From Tubiluchus corallicola (taxonomy: Eukaryota; Animalia; Priapulida), in NCBI GenBank assembly GCA_030141605.1, contig JAQGDQ010000168.1, forward strand, positions 62,001 through 126,000: a stretch of 64,000 nucleotides of DNA, read 5' to 3'. Every line of letters starts with the position of its first letter. Positions within the stretch are counted from its first letter, which is position 1. Under the pieces are notes generated by a model, which worked only from the letters and a program-made list of their open reading frames with translations, searched no databases and was not told the origin of the DNA. Of this stretch, positions 40,902 through 64,000 are shown piece by piece. The position numbers were made by a program, and so were the translations under genes.

Positions 40902-42304
40902 CTGTTGCAACCCCTTAGCTGCCTTTATTCCGGTGGCTAATCCAGCAGAGGTAGGATGGCGTAGCAGTAGTGACGTACATTTTCTGCAAATTCAGAAAGA
41001 AGGAGCACCCGTAGCCTTATAGTCCTGCAGCCCACCTAGAAGAAGTAGGATGGCGTAGCAGCTTTGATGTTTATTTTTAAATTGATGTTAGCTATTAATG
41101 TCTCCGTTAATTAAAATAATAATGATGTATTTGGAGGAAAGCGCTAAGTAGGTCATCGAATCTTCTACCTGTCCCAGGTACTTAAAACTTTATTAGGAAA
41201 GTTCCCATAAATCCAAACTGTTTTTGTTTCCAGCTAATGAGATGCGAACCAAAACTATTTTGAAAATTGTTAAGCACCTTCAGGGCTGAGCGACTCAAAT
41301 TCTGTTTGCTAAAATCTGAGTGCTAAGCTATAAATGTTCATCATTATAAATGTGCTAATAAAACAACTTTTGTTATGTTTATTGTAGAAGAAGTAGTATG
41401 CGATGGTTATCAGTAATTATATTAACGCAGTCACTAGATTACTTCATTTCTTTCACCGACTATTTTATTTGCTTGTTTATAAGAATCCATTTTATTTGCA
41501 AAACTGTTAAATAAAGTGTACATGTGAAATTGTTTTTCCTTTGTGATTACATTTCTAAGTATTATATGCAACAATAGCTTTATAGCCATTTCATACGAAA
41601 GTAAAATCTGTCAACCACATTAACTGTTGTATTGTCTGCGAGATAAGATTAGATGTACGAATAAGATGGTAAATCGAAAATTCGACTTGTCAGTCGATGC
41701 AGAATTTCAGTATTCTAGATTTATTCTAGTAAATACACGTGAAATCAATCAGTTTTTAACACTGGGTTCCTAAAATATGGCGACCCACAAAAATTTTCGC
41801 CCTACACTACAGACAGAAGCAAATTTGAAATTACAAGTTGCATGCCATAGGTTTCTGATTTCCGTTTCACTCAGCCCATTGGTCAGTCAAGGCTGTTCGA
41901 CAAAGATGAAGTTTGAGAAGCTTATTGTGAGCAACGTGGCAGTCTTCGTCAGTCATTTGAGGGATTCGAAATTTATTGGTGGCAGAATACAAATCTTACA
42001 ACAAACTCAATGAATGTGCTAATGCATCAACAGGCCAAGGGAATTTCACGAGTATCCTCCATGTTTTTAGAAGTGGATCATTCACTTGACCAGGAAGACG
42101 GTAAAAATGATTTGATCAATTTCTCTATATTGCATTATAATTATATGAATTTGTAATAATAACAAGCTTGTAAGTCGATTAGCTTAAAAGCACGTATTTC
42201 TTTATATCATTAATGAGAAAATCATTATTTAACTGAAAAAACAACAACAGTGGCCTTAGTTTTAATTAATAACAGTGTGAATGTACTATACGGCTACTAA
42301 TACG

Positions 42305-42425
42305 CCAGTGGCCTACCCCCGCACTTTATGGTTTTGTCCGCAACTGACCACAATAGCGTCGGGCAATGGCCTACTCCGGCACTTTGTGGTTTTGCTTGCA
42401 ACTGACCACAATAACGTCGGGCAGT
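42305..42425 (+). repeat. Tandem duplication (~58 bp x2)
   Basis: TGGCCTAC..GCACTTT.TGGTTTTG...GCAACTGACCACAATA.CGTCGGGCA twice. Confidence 0.85.
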
Positions 42426-43149
42426 GAAATTATTAACTGTTTACGTCAAAAATAAAATGTTATATTGCTCACGGTTTGATCATCACGAATCCAGCGCGAA
42501 ATCCTGCGCGTGTGGAGAGAATATTTTTATGAAAAATTAACAGTTACAATACTGAAACTAACATAAGGTAAAAACAATACGAAATTCATAATTGCAGGGA
42601 ATATATCACCTGGTACAGTAACTTCTTCAACGCCGCACAATGAGTAAGTCTGTACATTCTGTACCAGGGACAGCGAATAGGCTAATTTAATATTCGTAAA
42701 CAATTTGGTCCGCATTTTGCTATGATCTTTATTAAAGTCGAGTGTACAACGAAAGAACATTAGCCAAATAAGCTTTTCATACCGACTAAAATACACTATG
42801 CTAAAAATTTTACTAAAAAGACATACAATATTATTAAAATAATTATTACTAAATTAGCGACTTAGTATCTGCACTAAAATGCCACTAAAATTCAATTTTG
42901 CGTTCCTGTTCTGCAGTATTTTAAATCAGAAATCCTGCTCAAAAGTCTAATTTTAATTTACATTTAATTTAAGACAATGGATTATGGAAGAAAATTACGT
43001 TTCAGCAAACCTGTTTAACGATAACTTACATTTTGAAAAACGAGCGGCTGCCGACCTATGATAAAAAAGAAAATAAAAATCTTTTGTGTTGCTTTGCAGT
43101 CTGCACTCTTTTAGGATAACGAAAAAAACAAAGTAATTGTGAATGTTAG

Positions 43150-43294
43150 ATAATTATCAGCGCGACCAATTGAAAAACAGAATAATTTGCTAAATACACA
43201 AAGTGCGCTTTGCGCGACGCGCACATTACTTATCAAAGTCGTGGATTAAAAGATTGGGTTTATACCGATATGCGAATATTTTTATCCACACCTG
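43150..43294 (+). promoter_or_regulatory. Candidate promoter / non-coding first exon of amt
   Basis: CpG-rich patch with CCAAT (~43166) followed by a good donor CTG|GTAAGC at 43294/5. A strong acceptor (T7ACAG| at 45364) lies ~32 nt before the Amt ATG, implying an upstream UTR exon. Pairing of these two sites is inferred. Confidence 0.45.
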
Positions 43295-43339
43295 GTAAGC
43301 AATTCTTTATACTTTCAATAATGAATCCGTTTATTGGTT

Positions 43340-44570
<1,231 letters not shown>

Positions 44571-45396
44571 ATACTGCGTAAGAGCACACGTATTATTATA
44601 TAACTTTTTCTAGTTCAGTCCGCTTTTTAGAAGGTAGCAATTTTTACTGGAAACGCTGAGCTAATAAACGAGTTTTTATTCGGTATATAAACACGGTACA
44701 TAGGGGGTACATTCAGATTCACCCATGAGTACGCTAAGAACAGAGAGCTAAGAACCACTGAAGCAAGAACTGCTTTCAGCAGTGACCAGCACATTTCACA
44801 CTTTCTTAATCATTAATATTGCCATCAGTGTTACTGCTAGTGCGATTACGCGTTCTGGTACTTGAACTTAGCCTATTTTGCAAAAAGGCGGCCAGACGTC
44901 AGTGACTACCTGCCTAGGTTAGAACTTGAGAAAGGTGCGACGCAAATACATCTTGAATATTAATGGTGACAGCTGTAGACAAGTGTGACTCGTCGATATT
45001 TTTTGCAGTTGTCACGAGGATTGTAGAATGTGTTTACTGTATTAAAAAGTGATTTCTGCTTAGTTATAGTCAGCTGTTAACCGCAACAAACAACGATTAA
45101 GAGTTTCAACTTTAATAAACAAAAAAGGTTTATAAGATAATCACGTGTCTATTGTGCAGTTTCAATTGATTCAATTTGCTCGACCAGAATTTGTGCAGCA
45201 TCTGATAAACTGGTGACCATTAGTTTGAAATTTAATTCAAACCTGTATTAAATTTATAATTGAAAAGTTATTAATTGCCAAAATATATCTGGCATACGCA
45301 TGGACTTAAGCGTATAACCTTTTTAAACATATATCCTATATTATAAAATATAATTTTTTTACAGATCGCCTTTGTAAATTTTACACACTTGCTAGT

Positions 45397-58555
<13,159 letters not shown>

Positions 58556-59039
58556 ACTCGTTTGTTCTGAAGCAGATCATTTATACTCTTCATTCAGAAA
58601 GAACTCCCTTATCAAAAAAAAGAAAAATTCGAGTTATGCTGCTGTTTCGGACAAACATCACCCAACATGCTGATAACTTGTACCCGAACCTTGGATTTAA
58701 ACTGTCGTGCAACATTTTATCCTGTTTATCCGAAACTAGCAGACTTCATGAAGCTGAAAACAGTCACCTTTTAGTAGTGATAAGGGACATCGGGCGAGTC
58801 AGAAAAAAATTTAAACCTCTAGCTATACATTGCACAATGAGAGTGAATATGTCATATCTACAGCTATCAATTTAGCATATTACATATTGATTTCAAAATA
58901 GCCGAGGTTATTAACTTAATTTTATTCAGTTGATCGGTAAAATTAGCAATTTGCTAGTTTTACTGTGTGTTTTTTTTCTGTAGTGCATTTTCTCAGTTAC
59001 TAATATATATTTGTTCGGGTTTGTGAGCATCTGAGTGTG

Positions 59040-59105
59040 TTCATCAGATGAAGTTAAGCAATGCCTGGCCTAGTTATCAATTACTTGGGTGAGTGCTGGG
59101 AAACT
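59040..59105 (+). pseudogene. Degenerate 5S rRNA-derived fragment (probable old SINE3 head)
   Basis: GAAGTTAAGCAATGCCTGGCCTAGTTATCAATTACTTGGGTGAGTGCTGGGAAAC aligns with the 5S box A to box C region, with indels. Confidence 0.55.
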
Positions 59106-61070
59106 TTCTAAAAGTTGGTAAGTCACCTCTACTAGTTCGGGGTCTCAACAAAGAAGATTATCCTTGGTAATTAGCGCTAGGTGTCGGACCTGCCACAATC
59201 GTTTATATTAAACAGATGCAGATGAGTGCTAGATCTCAATTTTCAGAATGGTGAGCTTTATACAAATGCTTAGCTATAAATTTAACGATAAACATTCCTA
59301 ATGAAACCTAAAAATTTGGCTGTCACACCAGCAAAGATACTCTTAAGGTCTGTCGAGTATTAACGACTTGAAATTCTTTTGAAATTACTCAGAAGCGCGA
59401 CTGTGGTTCAATAAATATTTATTTTTTGTAAAATATATGTAGTATGTAATTTAAAACTTAATTTTGAATTTACTGTGGTTTACTTTTACATGTATTTGAC
59501 ATTTAACATTGTTAGAATAATCCCTACGTTAGTTCATAATTAGGTTTTGATTAAGTTTGTATATCATATAATTTGCATGGCACAATCACTATGCGGACAG
59601 GTCCGAGCTTTTACAAAATATTTACATACTTACTATATATATATATATATAACTCAGAAACTGTTTCTAATTCTTAAATTAGTACTCTATGAATAAGTGA
59701 ATCTATAAAAATTATGATAATATTATGTTCTCAAGATAATGGTGGCTGTCTATGTCGGAAAAGAGTTATTTAACATTAAAAGGTGGCTACATGAAGTAGG
59801 TATAACATTTTATAGGCGTCTTACAATTATTGTGTACCAGATAGTCATCTTATTTCTCAAGGATGTAATTGATCTGTCAGTAACAGCTAATCAGTTTTTC
59901 AATATTTTTACTGCAGATAACATTAAAGTTTACACACGTAATACATTTATGTATTGTTTGTTATGATAACAAGATTCTCTTTCAAAAGTTGATAATTTGC
60001 AGGTTTTTGTGTTTATGGATTTTAATAGTTATTATTGGTATGCTTTGCAAAATCAAATTTTGCAGAAATGAATAGTAATGAAATGGAAGTTCTTGATGCT
60101 ATAGTACGGATGCATGCCAGGCCCATTCTTTGATGCATCCCAGACCCAATCTATGAACGGCCATTAAATTTGAGAAAACAGTATTGTCGATTGAGGACGG
60201 AGCAATGCGCTAAGCAAATCTGTCAATGATAACATATAAGTCAAACCGTTTGCGTATTTTTGACAGCCCAATAACCCGACACCCCAAAAACATCGTGCTC
60301 GGTAGAAATTTTCTGGAAGGAAAAGAATATGCTTCCTTTCTTCGATCATTTTGGTTTCTGTAACAGCATTTATTTTTTCGGTAAGTAAATATACAAAATG
60401 GAAAAACAATATTGTTGCAGAAAATCAATTTTGTATAACTATCCATTAAATTAGATGCTTAGTAGATACTGTATCGCTAAAATTATAGAAACTTAGGTCA
60501 CTTACTGCCATTCTACATCCTAAGTGTAGATGAGCTGTAATACAGTCAGAGACTGAGTTGAACGTAATTAGCCTTGACGCCATACGTCAAAGGTTTTCAG
60601 TAAAGCCTCTCATTAATGTAGTACTTCGATATAAGGTTTTTGCAGCTTGAGACATAAAGAATATGCAGTTAATACAATACATACATTTTACAGTTTTATT
60701 CGCACGGCAAAATTAGTTATTAAATTATTTCCCTCAAATTTTACAGTTAACAATTTCAACAAAATGGCAAGACTGAATTTCACAGAAATAATTTTAACAA
60801 ACTTAAATAAATGTTTATGGTTGGTTTTGACAATGCGTCTTTATTTTTACTTTAAATAAAACTTCCATTTTTTGTATCTTCTTTTGCTGTTCGTTTTAGT
60901 GAACCAATTTGCCAATTTGTAAGTTTAACAAACAGTGCAAACAGTGTTCACCAAGGCTTAGTAGTAATGCCTTTTACTTGTCGATGTTTTAAGGAGCTGA
61001 AAAAACTTGAACGTGGTCTCGTAATGGGCGTGCACTAGCTTTGATTTTAATTTTAATGAATTAATTAATT

Positions 61071-61074
<4 letters not shown>

Positions 61075-61158
<84 letters not shown>

Positions 61159-61600
61159 TAATTTCGTTTAGGAGATAGTCCAAGGATAACTCCTTAATAA
61201 TTCAATACATATTTCGAAAGTGATCCCAATTATTATTACCCGCATGTTATTTCGATAAACCCGGGTGCTTGGTAGTACCGCTTCGTAGTATAATAATTTA
61301 TTTAGGGCCGCTCAAATAACAAGCATCCATACAACAAAATTTTACATACAAATGCGAACGAAATTAGCTATAGCAGATTGAACAGTAACATCATGAGACT
61401 GCATCGTACAAATCAGTTTGTCATCAATATTTGAAAAGTAAGAGTCTTGAATGGAACGTGTGATTGTGTTTACAAGGAAGTTGCGGCCGGTGTTATGTTT
61501 AGAGCGAAACAGAAGAAAATGACATTCGTCACCGACTTTGTTATACTTGGTACATAGACGCTCCTCTCCTTCGTTAGCCCTAGATATCACGGTAAATTAT
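61075..61600 (-). mobile_element. LINE 3' end fragment (ORF2 C-terminus, 3' UTR and possible ATT tail)
   Basis: ERLCTKYNKVGDECHFLLFRSKHNTGR resembles the degenerate CxxC..DExHFLLxC C-terminal motif of L2/CR1/RTE-X-type ORF2; followed on - by AATAAA and an (ATT)n tract at 61075-61157. Confidence 0.6.
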
Positions 61601-61813
61601 ATTGTTTAGACAAAATATAAGCTTCCTTATACCGCTTCATAGTACACCTTACCTTCAGGTTAATGAGAAATGCAAACAAACTAAATTACTAAACACAATT
61701 CTTTATTCCCAAAAGAACTGGGAGTTCCTTCAAAGCGAATCGCTGCAGTTGTTGGCAAAATAGTTTCAATTTCATCCTTTTGGAATAATAGGTTACCATT
61801 CTTGCTCTTGCTA

Positions 61814-62764
61814 CCATAAAACGGGGTGAGTTCGCCACCCCTTACGTAATGGCCATTGTAGGTTTGCTGTAACTATTGTTCAGTGTTTAATGAACAGATA
61901 TCATGATCACCGTCATTATAAACAGTTTGCGACAGTTATCTTCTTTCAATTCGCACTAGAAGTATTCCATTCTGCGCTACATATTATTTGTCTACTATTT
62001 CTTGCTACTTAACATGCCACGCACCTGCACCCCTGTACCGGGTCATAGATACCAAAATTATACTCCAGAAGCTCTGGAAGCTGCCATACATGCCGTCAAG
62101 AATACCAACAGGACAATCAGCGCAGCGGCGAGGCAATTCGGAGTTCCAAGAAAGACCCTTTCTGACAAACTCTCAGGAAGTCATCCGCGGAAGACCGGAG
62201 GTCAGCCAGTGTTCTCCGCCGCCGAGAAGCACGAAATCGCCAACACTCCAAGTGGCCGCTGAGTGGGGGTTCCCAATGACTGCCATCGATCTCCGACTAC
62301 TGATTAAGAGTGTTCTTGACGCGAAGGGAATCCAGGAACGACGACACAAGGCAAACACCCCTGGAATAGACTTTGTCAAATCATTCGCCCGAAGGAACAA
62401 TCTGGTTTTCAGAGTGGCTGGCAACATCAAGGGCGCCCGCGATAAGATCAGTGCACAAGACGTTCAAGCCTTCCTTGCCAACGTAGAAGTTTCTATTTGA
62501 AAACTAAAACTAGACATTTTTCATAATTTTTTCATAGGGTGGCGAACTCACCCTCAACCAGCCAATCACAACCAGTTAACTTCAGCTGCCTAGAATGGCA
62601 TTAAACAGTGTTAAATTGTTAGTGGCGAATTCACCCCACGATAGTGTTTCATTCGAAAGGCAATATAAAGCTTGAACTAAGAAAATCGGTTGGGTAATTC
62701 TCTTGCTATGGCAGGAAACGTAAAAAATACCCCTAAAAAGTGGCGAACTCACCCCGTCTTACGG
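61814..62764 (+). mobile_element. Pogo/Tigger-like (Tc1-mariner superfamily) DNA transposon, internally deleted, 951 bp
   Basis: 25-bp TIRs CCATAAAACGGGGTGAGTTCGCCAC / revcomp CCGTAAGACGGGGTGAGTTCGCCAC, TA on both flanks (61812-3, 62765-6). Frameshifted ORF 62014-62500 encodes HTH_psq (YTPEALEAAIHAV...ISAAARQFGVPRKTLSD) and CENP-B-type HTH (WGFPMT...PGIDFVKSFARR); no DDE domain. Confidence 0.9.
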
Positions 62765-62944
62765 TATATTATGCTTACAGCCGTGAGACTTTAAATCTTT
62801 TCACATAATTCATGCATGTTGTGTCATCATTCCAAGTCTCTCTTTTCCACATCTTTCTGCACATTGATTTTCATTAGCTATCTATCAATTTCATCAGATT
62901 TTTCTCTTTGTTTCATCTCTTTTCTCTTACCCTTTCTCTAATAA

Positions 62945-64000
62945 ATGGTAAACCTCGTCAAGATCCAATTTTAGAAGTCATATATGTTCGGTCCCAATTC
63001 AGATATTCTCTCCGAAGCATGCAACAGAAACGAACGAGCGACCGAATAGCCTACAGATATATGCACTGTAATTCATATCAATTCTGGGCATCCATTAAAA
63101 AGGAGTCGAATTCTAAGCTACCCCTCCCGTCCCGCATTGGGCAAACCTCTGGCGAAAAGCACGTATGTGATATTTGGAAGAACCACTACCAGGCACTTCT
63201 TAACTCTGTTGACAATTGCAATCTACCAGTTAGGCTAAAGGAATTTCTGACTACCAGCCTAAACAATGCTCCTGCAATCACTGTAAGAGAGGTTCAGGAT
63301 GCCATGTCTAGCCTGTCTCGCTATAAAAGTTCAGGCACTGATCGGCCCCAAGCCGAACATTATACATCTGACTTTCTACTGACTTTCTACCCATATTGCT
63401 AGCTTTAATTTATACAACTTGCATTGCTCATAGTTTTCTTCCAAATGCACCCATGCTTTCAGTGTTTGTGTCTCTTGTTAGAAACAAAAACAATGATATC
63501 ACGGATGTAAACAATTGTAGTCCCATAGCTCTATCACCCACCAGTAGTAAAATTCTTGAATATGTGTTACTCTATCGATATAAATATTGTATTCATACTA
63601 CACCAAAACAGTTTGGCTTCGTAGACGAATTGAGACCGAATTATATATCAACAGTCTCAAAGAAATCATTGATTACTACATTTCCAGGCAAAGCACCGTG
63701 CACATTATTTTTATTGATGCGTCTCAAGCGTCTGACCGTGTTAATTATTTCAAATTATTTTTAAACTGTTAGCCACTGATGTGCCCAACGTTATTATTCA
63801 TCTTTTAGTTTTTTATTATACAAAACAAGGTCTGTTAATTAGGTGGGGGCGGCACCAATCTAGTATATTTAACGTTCGTAACAGTGTTCGTCAGGGAGGT
63901 ATTATATCTCCTATGTTATTTAACTTGTATATCATTGACCTAAGTCAGAGGCTTAGCTCTTCACAGTATGGTTATCATATTGCTCATTTATATACGAATC
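62945..64000 (+). mobile_element. Degenerate non-LTR retrotransposon (LINE) ORF2 / reverse transcriptase fragment, runs off the window
   Basis: FWASIKK; ITVREVQDAMSSLSRYKSSGTD; NNCSPIALSPTSSKILE; QFGF; FIDASQASDRVN; VRQGGIISPMLFNLYI; frameshifts and a stop. Confidence 0.88.

Overview
AT-rich, intron-containing animal genomic DNA, most likely from an invertebrate bilaterian (it has an Amt-type ammonium transporter, which vertebrates lack, and a sea-urchin-type arylsulfatase). The ORF track misses most real exons; I assembled the genes by hand from GT-AG junctions and checked phase. Contents: a 3-exon NK2.1 homeobox gene (+, 4739-10909, 379 aa); an intact 2-exon flavin-containing monooxygenase (-, 16452-18466, 441 aa) with a tandem FMO pseudogene (-, ~22752-25921); an 8-exon secreted arylsulfatase (-, 28128-33571, 547 aa); and a 12-coding-exon ammonium transporter (+, 45397-58555, 518 aa). 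Mobile and repeat content: a TSD-flanked 5S rRNA/RTE-LINE chimeric retroposon, a second 5S-derived fragment, two adjacent foldback-like DNA elements, an internally deleted pogo/Tigger-like transposon, two LINE fragments, a dispersed ~620-660 bp repeat and many microsatellites, including a ~1.2 kb CTG/CTA tract probably inside the Amt 5'-UTR intron. Most notable: (i) three unrelated genes each carry a local duplicate of an exon 3' end plus its splice donor, (ii) the 5S-RTE bipartite element, (iii) the very long sense-strand intronic CUG tract. No database searches were possible; family calls rest on recognised motifs.
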